64,000 nucleotides of DNA from Thalassobaculaceae bacterium (GCA_965228875.1 OZ245843.1:1966616-2030615); one strand, 5' to 3'; shown: positions 1 to 10,162, counted from the stretch's first letter. Notes: generated from the sequence alone by a model not told the origin. Program-made: numbers and translations.

Positions 1-460
1 GAAGGTCGTCGACTGCGGCATCACCGGGACGATGCCCGCCTATCAGGCCAAGTGGTGGCAGGTGGCGACCCATGCCTACCTGATGAAGGTCGGCTACACC
101 GCGACCTTCGCGGCGATGAACCTGAACACCTGGAACCGGATGAACGACGAGACCAAGGCCTTCGTCGAGAAGCAGTTCGCCGAGTTCGAGGCGTCGTCCT
201 GGGCCAACACCATGGCCGAGGATGAGATGGGGATCATCTGCAACACCGGCGTCGGCGGCACCTGCACCGAAGGCGATGCCGGCGGCATGAAGAAGGTCGA
301 GCCGAACGCCGATGACGACGCCAAGCGCAAGGAAGTGCTGGAGACCGTCGTGCTGAAGCGGTGGGCCGAGCGCTGCGCCGAGAAGTTCGGCGAGCAGTGC
401 ATCGACGACTGGAACGCGACGATCGGCAAGATCGCCGGCGTCACGGCTCCGAAGCCGTAA
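1..460 (+). CDS. dctP: TRAP transporter substrate-binding protein DctP (5' truncated by window edge)
   Basis: Frame is open from position 2 (KVVDCGITGTMPAY...) with a MNLNTWNRM motif typical of DctP; lies directly upstream of dctQ/dctM. Confidence 0.85.
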   Translation, partial: KVVDCGITGTMPAYQAKWWQVATHAYLMKVGYTATFAAMNLNTWNRMNDETKAFVEKQFAEFEASSWANTMAEDEMGIICNTGVGGTCTEGDAGGMKKVEPNADDDAKRKEVLETVVLKRWAERCAEKFGEQCIDDWNATIGKIAGVTAPKP

Positions 461-520
461 CATCCGCGTCCCTCGGGAGGCGGCTCCAGCATCGGACGGT
501 GCCGGGGCCGCCTCCTCCCA

Positions 521-1123
521 ATGGCTGATCGCCGAAGGACCGGAGCGGTGCTCGACAGTCTCTTGAAAGCGAATTTCCGCATCTCGCAACTGCTGGTGTG
601 GATCGGCGGCGTCGCCCTCATTGGGGCGGCCATCATGGTCACCGTGGACGTGATCCTGCGCGACCTGTTCCTGGTCACGCTCGGCGGCGCGGACGAGATA
701 TCGGGGTACGTCTTCGCGGTCTCGACGGCCTTCGCCCTGCCGTACGCGCTGCTGCAACGGGCCAACGTGCGGATCGACGCGCTCTATATTCCCCTGCCCG
801 TTCGCCTGCGCTCGGTGCTCGACCTGGTCGCCCTGCTGGCCCTGGCGGTGTTCTTCTTTCCGCTGACCTGGCGGGTCTGGCTGATGCTGGTCGACAGCTA
901 CACTTTCTGGACCAAGTCCATCACGCCGCTGCAGACCCCGGTCGCCGTTCCCCAGACCCTGTGGTTCGGCGGATTGCTGCTGTTCTGCATCACCATCGTC
1001 CTGGTCTTTCTCGTCGCCCTGACCCGGCTGCTGCGCCGCGACTATGCCGGCGTGCACGACGTCGCAGGCGTGCCGACCCTCGACGAGGAGATGGAGAGCA
1101 GCGGCGGCCCCCATGCCGGTTGA
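521..1123 (+). CDS. dctQ: TRAP small permease DctQ
   Basis: 4 TM segments, GADEISGY and NVRIDAL motifs; start may be the GTG at 548. Confidence 0.88.
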   Translation: MADRRRTGAVLDSLLKANFRISQLLVWIGGVALIGAAIMVTVDVILRDLFLVTLGGADEISGYVFAVSTAFALPYALLQRANVRIDALYIPLPVRLRSVLDLVALLALAVFFFPLTWRVWLMLVDSYTFWTKSITPLQTPVAVPQTLWFGGLLLFCITIVLVFLVALTRLLRRDYAGVHDVAGVPTLDEEMESSGGPHAG

Positions 1124-1150
1124 GCGGCGCCCCCTAGGAGACTGACCGAC

Positions 1151-2434
1151 ATGCTCGGCACCACGCTGATCATACTTCTCGTGCTGATCGCCTTGAGCGT
1201 GCCCATCGCGGCGGCCCTCGGCACCCTCGGCCTGGCGCTCGATCAGCTCTATTCCGGCGGCTTTCTGTGGCGGGGGCTGGCCGACAACGCCTGGCAGACC
1301 TCCATCGAATTCCTGCTGGTCGCCATCCCGATGTTCGTCCTGCTCGGCGAGATCCTGCTGCGGGCCGGCATCGCCCAGCGGATGTACGCCGCCCTGGTGC
1401 AGTGGCTGTCCTGGTTGCCGGGCGGACTGATGCATTCCAATGTCGGCGCCTGCGCGATGTTCGCGGCGACCTCCGGCTCGAGCGTTGCGACGGCGGCGAC
1501 GATCGGGACCGTCGCCCTGCCGGAGGTCGAGAAACGCGGCTACAACGAGCGGCTATTCCTCGGCACCCTGGCCGCCGGCGGCACCCTGGGCATCCTCATC
1601 CCGCCGTCGATCAACCTGATCGTCTACGGCCTCCTGACCGACACGTCGGTGCCGGAGCTCTATCTCGCCGGGTTCATTCCGGGACTGATCCTGGCCGGCC
1701 TGTTCATGCTCACCGTCGTGCTCTTCTGTATCTTCCGACCGAGCCTGGACGGCGACCATGTCGAGACCTCGTGGGCGAACCGCATCCGCGTTCTGCCCGA
1801 CCTGCTGCCGCCGCTCGGCATCTTCCTGGTCGTCGTCGGCTCGATCTATGCCGGCCTCGCCACACCGACCGAGGCCGCGTCCCTCGGCGTCGTCGCCGCG
1901 CTGATCCTCGCCGCCTGCTACCGCAGCCTTTCGATCTCGATGCTCCGCGAGGCGATCGAGGGAACCATGCGCACCACCGCGATGGTGATGCTTATCATCA
2001 TGGCGGCGATCTTCCTGAACTTCGTGCTCGGCATGATCGGCCTGACCCAGGCGCTGGCCGGCTTCATCACCTCACTCGGCCTGACCCCGTTCCAGACCCT
2101 GCTGGCGGTGATCGTCTTCTACCTGGTGCTCGGCTGCTTCATGGAGACGCTGTCGATGCTGATCACCACCGCGCCGATCATCACCCCGATCATCGTCGGA
2201 CTCGGCTACGACCCGGTGTGGTTCGGCATTCTGCTGATGGTGATGCTGGAGACGGCGCTCATCACGCCACCGATCGGGGTCAACCTGTACGTCGTCCAGG
2301 GTGTGCGCGGCAGTGGGCCGATGGCCGACGTGATGATCGGCATCGTCCCGTTCCTGCTGGCGATGTTCGCGATGATCGCCATTCTGGTCGGCTTCCCCGA
2401 CCTGGCGCTCTGGCTGCCGTCGCTGTTCTACTGA
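1151..2434 (+). CDS. dctM: TRAP large permease DctM
   Basis: AIPMFVLLGE, SGSSVATAATIG, GTLGILIPPS, TPTEAA and ITPPIGVNL motifs; AGGAG RBS. Confidence 0.95.
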   Translation: MLGTTLIILLVLIALSVPIAAALGTLGLALDQLYSGGFLWRGLADNAWQTSIEFLLVAIPMFVLLGEILLRAGIAQRMYAALVQWLSWLPGGLMHSNVGACAMFAATSGSSVATAATIGTVALPEVEKRGYNERLFLGTLAAGGTLGILIPPSINLIVYGLLTDTSVPELYLAGFIPGLILAGLFMLTVVLFCIFRPSLDGDHVETSWANRIRVLPDLLPPLGIFLVVVGSIYAGLATPTEAASLGVVAALILAACYRSLSISMLREAIEGTMRTTAMVMLIIMAAIFLNFVLGMIGLTQALAGFITSLGLTPFQTLLAVIVFYLVLGCFMETLSMLITTAPIITPIIVGLGYDPVWFGILLMVMLETALITPPIGVNLYVVQGVRGSGPMADVMIGIVPFLLAMFAMIAILVGFPDLALWLPSLFY

Positions 2435-2460
2435 GGGGCGGGGTAAGTAGGCCCCGCCCG
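2435..2460. terminator. GC hairpin between convergent genes
   Basis: GGCGGGG...CCCCGCC inverted repeat right after the dctM stop; no U-tract. Confidence 0.4.
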
Positions 2461-2478
2461 CCTTCCCGAGCGGCGGAG

Positions 2479-3291
2479 TTAGGTCCCGCCGGCCTCGTAG
2501 CCCGGGATGTCGGTCACCAGCATGTGGCCCGGCGTGTGGGTGATGACCAGCGGCAGCCTGGCCTCCAGCACCGTACGCTGCGGGGTCACGCCGCAGGCCC
2601 AGAACACCGGCACCTCACCCTCCTCGATCCGGGTCGGATCGCCGAAGTCGGGCTTGTCGATATCGGCGATCCCGATCGCCGACGGGTCGCCGATATGCAC
2701 CGGCGCGCCGTGGGCATGGGGGAACCGGGCGGTGATCGCGGCAGCTCGGATGGCGTTGGCCATGGTCATCGGCCGCATCGACACCACCATCTCACCGCGG
2801 AACGGGCCGGCCGGCGTGGTCTGGATGCTGGTGCGGTACATGGACACGGTCGTGTCCTCGTCCCAGTGGCGCAGCCGGATCCCGTCGGTGACCAGCGCCT
2901 GCTCGAAGGTGAAGGAGCACCCGATGACGAAGGCGACCGAGTCGTCGCCCCAGAGATCGGCGATGTCCGGCACCGCCCCGGTCAGCACGCCGTCGCGGAA
3001 GATGTTGTAGGACGGAACGTCCGTGCGGATGTCGACGTCGGTACCCAACGTGAACAAGTCCGGATTACCGGTGTCCGACACGCCGACCAGAGGACAGGGC
3101 TTCGGATTGCGCTGGCAGAAGCGGAAGAAATCGAGCGCATGCGCCGCCGGCAGGATCACCAGGTTGCCCTGGAGGTAGCCCGGCGCCAGGCCGGCGGTGT
3201 GGCCGGTATGCGCCCCCTCGCGGATCAGCCGGCGCGCCTCGCGCGGATCGGCGGCACGTTCGGCGACGGGCAGCGGAGACTGGACGTTCAT
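2479..3291 (-). CDS. DUF1445/UPF0317 putative hydro-lyase (D-glutamate cyclase-like)
   Basis: [37 protein letters not shown] and THTPGHM motifs; AGGAGG RBS before the ATG at 3291. Confidence 0.9.
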   Translation of the reverse strand: MNVQSPLPVAERAADPREARRLIREGAHTGHTAGLAPGYLQGNLVILPAAHALDFFRFCQRNPKPCPLVGVSDTGNPDLFTLGTDVDIRTDVPSYNIFRDGVLTGAVPDIADLWGDDSVAFVIGCSFTFEQALVTDGIRLRHWDEDTTVSMYRTSIQTTPAGPFRGEMVVSMRPMTMANAIRAAAITARFPHAHGAPVHIGDPSAIGIADIDKPDFGDPTRIEEGEVPVFWACGVTPQRTVLEARLPLVITHTPGHMLVTDIPGYEAGGT

Positions 3292-3381
3292 CGCGACACC
3301 TCCTGGACGTTTCCGAGAGCATACGCCCTCAAGGGCGCGCTTTGAACCGACGGTTCCCCGCAACCGGCCATGCTCCCTCCC

Positions 3382-4272
3382 CTATCGCCCCAGTGCGATG
3401 ACCGCCACGCTCGGCACCACGATCAGGGTCGCCACGACCACCTTGAGGGTCAGCCGCTCGCGCCGGAACACCAGGGCGGAAAGCAGCATGGTGAAGATCG
3501 GCGAGGTCGCGACGATCGGCGCGATCACGACCAGATCGCCGTGCAGCAGGCCGGTGTTCAGGCAGCAGATGGCGACGGACATGGTGGCACCGCCGAGCGC
3601 GAACCATTTCACGCCCGGCGCCCGCCAGTTCACGGTCACCGGCTCGCGGCGCACCCCCTTCAGCGACCAGGTCAGGACGGTCGACACGGTGAAGCCGACA
3701 AGGGCGGCGAAGTACGGGTCCGGGATGCCACCCTCCATGCCGATCTTCGACAGCACATGGCCGAGCGCGCGCAGGAAGGCCGCGGCGATCGGCAGCAGCA
3801 GCGCCCAGAACGGCCAGTCGGCCTTGACCTTGCCGCGCTTGGTCAGCAGCAGGACGGCGCAGATGATCCCCCCGGTCCCGATCGCCAACGGCCAGGTGAA
3901 CATCTCGCCCAGGATCAAGATTCCCATCGCCGTGCCGAACAGCGGCGAGGTCGAAGCGAGCGTGCTCGACAGGGTGGGCCCGAGATGGCGCATCCCGGCC
4001 ACCGCCAGGTTGGCGGAGAGCGCCGGACGGAACAGGCCGATCGCCACGAAGATCAGAACCGCCGGCTCCAGCCAGTAGGTCCAGTTCATGAAGAACGGGG
4101 CCATCAGCCAGAGCGAAGCCGCCGCCGCGGTGATCGACACCATCGCCCCGGTACGGCCGTCGATGGTGGCGAGACCGATGTTCTGCCATTGGGCGCCGAT
4201 GGCGAACATCAGCGCCGCCGTGGTCGCCAGGATCATCGGCAGGTAGTCGACGGCGGGTCCCGCGGCCTCCAT
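3382..4272 (-). CDS. EamA/DMT family transporter
   Basis: About 10 TM segments in two repeats (SPLF...LGE; SPIF...RERLT). Confidence 0.85.
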   Translation of the reverse strand: MEAAGPAVDYLPMILATTAALMFAIGAQWQNIGLATIDGRTGAMVSITAAAASLWLMAPFFMNWTYWLEPAVLIFVAIGLFRPALSANLAVAGMRHLGPTLSSTLASTSPLFGTAMGILILGEMFTWPLAIGTGGIICAVLLLTKRGKVKADWPFWALLLPIAAAFLRALGHVLSKIGMEGGIPDPYFAALVGFTVSTVLTWSLKGVRREPVTVNWRAPGVKWFALGGATMSVAICCLNTGLLHGDLVVIAPIVATSPIFTMLLSALVFRRERLTLKVVVATLIVVPSVAVIALGR

Positions 4273-4337
4273 CAGGGCCGGTCCGGCCGGCGGACGGTGG
4301 ATCGTGTCACGCGATCGTCCTCAATCCAGTTGGCCGA

Positions 4338-5120
4338 TCAGACGACCGGACACAGTCCGCCATCGATATTGATCGCCGTTCCGGTCACGTAGCCGCCGCG
4401 ATCGGAGGCCAGCAGGGTCGCCATGGCGGCGAACTCGTCCGCCGTTCCGACACGGCCCATGGGGATCGCCTCGCCCATCTCGGCGTAGTAATCGTCGAGC
4501 GAGCGGCTGCCGTCTTCGGCGGCGTGGCGCTTGACCCACTGGTCGCTCTCGATGCGGCCGACCAGCAGGGCGTTAACCAGCACGTTGTGCGGCGCATACT
4601 CGCCGGCGAGCGCCTTGGTCAGCGCCATGCCCGCGGCCCGGGTCACCGCGGTCGGCGCGCCCCCGGCCGGCGGCGCCTTGGCGCCGGTGTTGAGGATGTT
4701 GATCACCCGTCCCCACTTGCGTTGCTGCATCTCCGGCATCAGCCGACGGCAGAGGCGGATGGCGGCGAACAGCTTCAGATCCAGGTCGGCCTGCCATACG
4801 GCGTCGTCGTGGCTCGCGAACGGGCCGCGCTTCGACGAGCCGGCGTTGTTGACCAGAATGTCGACGCTGCCGAGGGCGGCGACGGCTTCATCGCAGACGG
4901 TGGCGCAGCCCTCGGCGGTGGAGACGTCGCCCGCGATGGCCACCGCCTCGACGCCGGTCGCCTCTCGAATCGCCGCGGCCGCCTCCTCCAGAACCTCCGG
5001 ACGCCGGGCGACGATGGCGACCCGTCCGCCGGCGCCCGCGAAATGGGTGGCGATTGCCCGGCCGATGCCGAGACTCCCGCCCGTAATCAGCGCCGTGCGC
5101 CCGTCGAGCCTAACGTCCAT
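4338..5120 (-). CDS. SDR family oxidoreductase
   Basis: TGGSLGIG and NNAG motifs; the canonical YxxxK is replaced by TAVTR. Confidence 0.9.
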   Translation of the reverse strand: MDVRLDGRTALITGGSLGIGRAIATHFAGAGGRVAIVARRPEVLEEAAAAIREATGVEAVAIAGDVSTAEGCATVCDEAVAALGSVDILVNNAGSSKRGPFASHDDAVWQADLDLKLFAAIRLCRRLMPEMQQRKWGRVINILNTGAKAPPAGGAPTAVTRAAGMALTKALAGEYAPHNVLVNALLVGRIESDQWVKRHAAEDGSRSLDDYYAEMGEAIPMGRVGTADEFAAMATLLASDRGGYVTGTAINIDGGLCPVV

Positions 5121-5267
5121 GTCCTCACCTCACGCGGTCTTGTCGGGGTCTTGTCGGGATTGTATCCGGCGCCGAGCATGGCACGACGGGCGGCATCGAG
5201 GAGAGTGCCATTTCTGCGCACGCAGACGTTCCCCGACGGCACCGGCGACGGTGTCCCCCTCCGTCCC

Positions 5268-6149
5268 TCACTCCTCCACCGCGTAGCGCTTTTCCATGGC
5301 GTCGTAGGTGTCCTTGTGAACGAAGCGCTGGCGCTCGGCGAAATCCGCCAGGCGGTCGCGCACCGCGTCGAGGTCGCCGTCGCGCTTCAGGGCGCCGAGG
5401 ACCTCGCTCATCGCGCGCATGGCGGCCTGAAGCGGCGTGTTGGCGTACAGGACGAGCGCGAACCCCAGTCTCGCCAGTTCCGCCTGCGGCAGCAGCGGGG
5501 TCCGGCCGCCGACGACCAGGTTGGCCACCTGCGGCACCGGCAGTTCGGCGCAGATCCGCGCCATCTCCTCGACCGACACCGGCGCCTCGACGAACGTCAC
5601 GTCGGCCCCCGCCTCGATGTAGAGCCGCGCCCGGTCCAGGGCGCCGTCCAGCCCTTCGACCGCACGGGCATCGGTGCGGGCGATGATGAGGAAGTTCGCG
5701 TCCTCCCGCGCCTCGGCGGCGGCCCGCACCTTGGCAGCCATCTCTCGCGCCGGAATCACGCCCTTGCCGTCGAAATGGCCGCAGCGCTTGGGAAACACCT
5801 GATCCTCGATCTGTACCGCGCAGGCACCGGCCCGCTCCAGCACGCGCACCGTGCGATGGGTGTTGATGGCGTTGCCGAAGCCGGTGTCGATGTCGACCAC
5901 CAGGGGCAGGCCGCTGATCTCGGCGATCGCCTCGGTCGTGGCCTGGATCTCGCTCATGGTGACAAGGCCGATATCGGGCACGCCGAGCAGGGTGTTGGCG
6001 ATGCCCGCGCCCGTCACGTAGATCGCTTCGAAGCCGGCGTCCTCGATCACCCGCGCGGTCAGCGCGTTGGCCGCCCCCGGCACCAGCAGGGCGCGACGCC
6101 CGTCCAATGTGGCGCGGAAGGCGCGGCGGCGCTCGGCGGTCGTGGTCAT
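5268..6149 (-). CDS. Isocitrate lyase/PEP mutase superfamily C-C lyase (PrpB/oxaloacetate decarboxylase-like)
   Basis: DIDTGFG, IEDQVFPKRCGH and ARTDA motifs. Confidence 0.9.
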   Translation of the reverse strand: MTTTAERRRAFRATLDGRRALLVPGAANALTARVIEDAGFEAIYVTGAGIANTLLGVPDIGLVTMSEIQATTEAIAEISGLPLVVDIDTGFGNAINTHRTVRVLERAGACAVQIEDQVFPKRCGHFDGKGVIPAREMAAKVRAAAEAREDANFLIIARTDARAVEGLDGALDRARLYIEAGADVTFVEAPVSVEEMARICAELPVPQVANLVVGGRTPLLPQAELARLGFALVLYANTPLQAAMRAMSEVLGALKRDGDLDAVRDRLADFAERQRFVHKDTYDAMEKRYAVEE

Positions 6150-6254
6150 GGCGATTCCTTCCCGGTCCTCAGGTCTTTGGTCGGCCAGGATACCGCTCCC
6201 GGCAAGCGATCTTCATCCCTTGTTTCCCGCCGCGAAGGTCGCCAGCATGCCGGC

Positions 6255-7154
6255 ATGGAACTGCGCGCGCACAACCGCTACGGCTATTCGCCCCTCGACG
6301 CCCGGCCGGTCTACGACTGGCCCGGCGGCAAGCGGCTCGCCGTCTGCTTCTGCAACAACATCGAGGTGTTCTCCTTCCTCGATGGCCTGGGATCGGACAG
6401 TGCCACGCTCGGCGCGCCGCAGAGCACGCGGAACTTCGCCTGGCGCGACTACGGCAATCGTGTGGGTCAGTGGTACCTGTTCGACCTGTTCGACGAGTTG
6501 GGCGTTCCGGCGTCGCACAACCTGAACTCGCTGCTGGTGGAACACTGCCCTGAAATCGGACATCGGATCCGGGCGCGCGGCGACGAGGTGGTGGCCCACG
6601 GCCGGACCAACGCGGAGCGCCAGGACGTCCTGGACGAGGCCGAAGAGGCGACACTGATCCGCGAGACGACGGAGACCCTGACGACCTTCTTCGGCGACCG
6701 GCCGACCGGTTGGCTCGGCCCCTACCTGGCCCAATCCCGGGTGACCCTCGACCTTCTGCAGGAGGCCGGCTACCGCTACGTCATGGACTGGCCCGCGGAC
6801 GACCAGCCGTTCTGGATGCGGACACGTCAGGGCCACATCCTGTCGGTCCCCTACTCCATCGAAGTGAACGACTCGCCGGCGATGGTGTTCCGTCAGCATT
6901 CCGGCGAGGAGTTCGAGCGGATGATGATCGATCAGTTCGACGAGTTGCTGCACCAGTCGAAGAAGCGGCCGTTGGTCTACACCGCCGTGCTGCATCCCTT
7001 TATCGTCGGGCAGCCCTACCGGCTGCGGGCGCTGCGCCGGGCGATGCGGCATATCCTGAAGCATCGCGACGACATCTGGCTGACCACGCCAGGTCAGATC
7101 GCGAGTTTCTGCGCGCGTCTGCCGGGCGGCACCGTTCCCGGTTCCGGCAAATAA
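6255..7154 (+). CDS. Polysaccharide deacetylase family (PuuE/allantoinase-like CE4) amidohydrolase
   Basis: WPGGKRLAV, WRDYGNRVG, AHGRTN, GWLGP, DDQPFW and LHPFIVGQPYR motifs; true start is the ATG at 6255 inside the long track ORF. Confidence 0.85.
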   Translation: MELRAHNRYGYSPLDARPVYDWPGGKRLAVCFCNNIEVFSFLDGLGSDSATLGAPQSTRNFAWRDYGNRVGQWYLFDLFDELGVPASHNLNSLLVEHCPEIGHRIRARGDEVVAHGRTNAERQDVLDEAEEATLIRETTETLTTFFGDRPTGWLGPYLAQSRVTLDLLQEAGYRYVMDWPADDQPFWMRTRQGHILSVPYSIEVNDSPAMVFRQHSGEEFERMMIDQFDELLHQSKKRPLVYTAVLHPFIVGQPYRLRALRRAMRHILKHRDDIWLTTPGQIASFCARLPGGTVPGSGK

Positions 7155-7172
7155 GACAATCGGGCGCGGCGG

Positions 7173-7325
7173 TCAGACGTCGCGGGTTCCACGCATGTAG
7201 CGCTTCTCGGGATGGTAGGCACGCCTGCCCCACCAGCTGAAGAAGTCGTGGCGCAGTTTGGAAATAAGGGTGAGAACGGTCATCGCTGCCGGGCCGAAGG
7301 CTGGGGTTGCGGATGTCTGAGTCAT
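7173..7325 (-). CDS. Small protein, 50 aa (MTQTSATPAFGPAAMTVLTLISKLRHDFFSWWGRRAYHPEKRYMRGTRDV)
   Basis: Hand-translated and below the ORF-track cutoff; YHPEKRYMRG resembles the YxPExHYMRG motif of small alphaproteobacterial hypothetical proteins; alternative start at 7283. Confidence 0.6.
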   Translation of the reverse strand: MTQTSATPAFGPAAMTVLTLISKLRHDFFSWWGRRAYHPEKRYMRGTRDV

Positions 7326-7541
7326 TTTGAGAACCTGACGAATGGTACCTGTTCCAAATTAACAAGCAATAAACAGGCCAAGTTGATTTTGCACCGCACC
7401 GTTGCCTGTTCGGAAACGATCAATGCAACGCAATATTCTTTCTTGGCCCTAATCAAGCAACTGGGCAAAGGCTCCACAGGGGGGCCGGCAAAGCCGTATG
7501 GAGACGGCAAACCCATTCTCCGCAGGGACGCACGGGCGATT

Positions 7542-7556
7542 TGCTGCACTGCAGCA
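7542..7556. promoter_or_regulatory. Perfect palindrome TGCTGCACTGCAGCA, PhaR/AniA-like operator
   Basis: Matches the TGCRNYGCASMA and CTGC-N3-GCAG PhaR consensus forms; related boxes at 7390-7401 and 7424-7435. Confidence 0.5.
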
Positions 7557-7579
7557 TAAGTTTTCCGCCGCAGTTTCGT

Positions 7580-9954
7580 CTAGCGAGCGGCCTGGATCGC
7601 CTCCCAGACCCGCTGCGGTGTCGCCGGCATGTCGATATGTGTGATCCCGTAAACGCTCAGCGCGTCGACAACGGCATTCATCACCGACGGCAGCGAGCCC
7701 GCGCAACCGGCCTCGCCGCAGCCCTTGGCGCCAAGCAGGTTGGTGGTCGCCGGTACCGCGTGGAAATCGATGGCGAAGTCCGGTGCGCTGTCGGCCCGCG
7801 GTACGGCGTAGTCCATGTAGGACCCGGCCAGCACCTGCCCGTCCCCATCGTATACGCAGTGTTCCATCAGCGCCTGACCGATGCCCTGGACGACCCCGCC
7901 ATGGGCCTGACCGGCGACCAGCATCGGGTTCACCACCGTACCGAAATCGTTGACCATCGAATAGCGCACGACCTCGACCACGCCGGTCTGCGGGTCGACC
8001 TCGACCTCGGCCACGTGACAGCCGTTGGGGAAGGCCGACGGCGCCGACGCGTGCACATGGCTGACGTCGAGGCTGGTCGGCACGCCCTCGGGCAGTTCCA
8101 GCCCGCCGCGCAGGCGGTCGGCGATCTCCATGATACCGATCGACCGGTCGGTGCCGGCGATCGAGAACGTTCCCTCGGCGAATTCGATATCCGCCGCTGC
8201 CGCCTCCAGCAGGTGCCCGGCGATCTCTCTGCCCTTCTCGATCACGAGATCACCCGCCTCGATGATCGCCGCGCCGCTTGCCATGAGCGATTTCGAGCCG
8301 CCGGTTCCGCCGCCGGCGATCAGTTCGTCGCTGTCGCCCTGAAGCAGGCGGATCCGGTCGAACGGCACCCCGAGCTTCGAGTGCAGCACCTGGGCGAAGG
8401 CGGACCAGTGGCCCTGGCCGTAGTCCAGCGTGCCGGTGAGGATTGTCACCTCCCCACTGGCCTCGAAGCGCAGTCCGCCCATCTCGTTCTGCGGCGGCGC
8501 GGTCACCTCGAGATAGTCGCCTATTCCGATCCCGCGCAGCCTGCCCCGCGCCTCGCTCTCGGCACGGCGGTCGGCGAAGCCCGCCCAGTCGGCGAAGGCG
8601 ACGGCCCTGTCCAGCACGGCCGTGAAGTCGCCGCTGTCGTAGACCATGCCGGCACACGACTCGTAGGGGATCTCGTCCGGCCGCACATGGTTGCGGCGTC
8701 GCAGTTCGACCCGATCGATGCCCAGTTCGCGCGCCGCCGTCTCGATCAGCCGTTCCATGTAGTAATTGCCTTCCGGCCGCCCCGCCCCCCGATAGGCGCC
8801 GACCGGGCTGGTGTTCGTGAACACGCACCGGGTCGACACGCTCATCGCCGGGATGCGGTAGACGCTCGGCATGTTCTTGGCGATGTTCAGGGTCGCCATC
8901 ATCGGACTGACCATGCCGATATAGGCGCCCATGTTGCCGTAGCCGGTGACCCGGATCGCCAGAAACCGGCCGTCGGCGTCCAGCGCCAGTTCCGCCGTCA
9001 CCGCATGGTCGCGCCCGGCCTGGTCGGCGAGGAAGCTCTCCGAGCGGTCCGAGGTCCACTTGACGGGCCGGCCGAGGGTCCGGGCGGCGAGGAACAGGGG
9101 CCCGTACTCCGGATAGGTGAAGGCCTTCATCCCGAAGGAGCCGCCGACATCCCGAAGGAGCCGCCGACGTTGCCGGTCAGCACCCGCACCTTTTCCGGCG
9201 CGACGTTGAGAATCTCCTTCGCCAGCAGCCCCTTCAGGCCATGGACTCCCTGGGAGCCGACCTGCAGCGTCCACCGGTCGTCTTCATCATCGTAGGAGGC
9301 GATTGCGGCACGCGGCTCCATCGCCGAGACGACGATGCGGTTGTTGACGATGTCGAGCGACGTCACATGCGCGGCCGAGGCGAAGATGCCGGCCACCGCC
9401 TCCGCGTCGCCGAACTGGTAGTCGAGCACGGTGTTGTTCGCCACCGTGTCGTATAGCTGCGGCGCCCCGTCGGCGGCGGCAGCGGCGGCGTCGGTCACCG
9501 CCGGCAGCGGATCGATATCGGCGATCACCGCCTCGGCGGCGTCGCGGGCCTGGGACGGGGTCTCGGCGACGACCAGGGCGATCGGATCGCCGACGAAGCG
9601 GACCTTGTCCCCGGCCAGACACGGCCGCGTCGGGTTCGGCATGTCCGACCCGTCCCGGTTCTTCAGCGGCACCCCGCAGGTGATGTTGCCGAATCCCGCC
9701 TCTTCGAGGTCCGCGGCGGTGTAGATCCCGAGCACACCCGGCATGCCTGTCGCCTCGTCGACGTCGACCCCGGTCAGAACGCCGTGGGCGATCTGGCTGC
9801 GGACGAACACGCCGTAGGCCTGGCCTGCGACGTTGACGTCGTCGGTGTAGCGCCCGTGGCCGGTCAGCAGCGTCGGATCCTCGTTGCGCGGCACCGGCTG
9901 GCCGATCCCGAACTTCATCGTGGCGAGCGCGGTGTCCTGCTTCACGTCGTTCAT
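7580..9954 (-). pseudogene. Xanthine dehydrogenase/CoxL-like molybdopterin large subunit, frameshifted
   Basis: N-part 9127..9954 and C-part 7580..~9150 are in different frames; motifs GGSFG, AYRGAGRPE, GQGH and KGCGE; removing one 20-bp repeat unit gives a 784-aa ORF. Confidence 0.9.
9128..9167. repeat. Perfect 20-bp tandem duplication (CATCCCGAAGGAGCCGCCGA x2)
   Basis: Read directly at 9128-9147 and 9148-9167. Confidence 0.97.
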
Positions 9955-10162
9955 GGCCTGTCTCCGGTTCGCGCGGCGGTGTGGACGGGCCCCGACCGCG
10001 TCCGAGCCGACGTGGTGCCGCCTTCAGCAGGGATCACATCATCCGCAGGGTACCGAGATCAACCGCGTGCGCGGCGTCCGGAACCGGGGGTTGCCTTCGC
10101 CAGCGCGAGCAGTCAATTCTCCTGCACACGATTTCCAAGCCCCGCACCAACGGAGAGCCCCC

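Noticed and set aside
4524..7154. 876-aa ORF as one fusion protein (likewise 15876..17876, 57956..60706 and 32362..33414)
   Set aside because: Only the C-terminal parts are real genes; the N-terminal extensions overlap other genes in shadow frames.
9128..9167. Programmed ribosomal frameshift in the molybdoenzyme
   Set aside because: There is no slippery heptamer, and the duplication fully explains the frame change.
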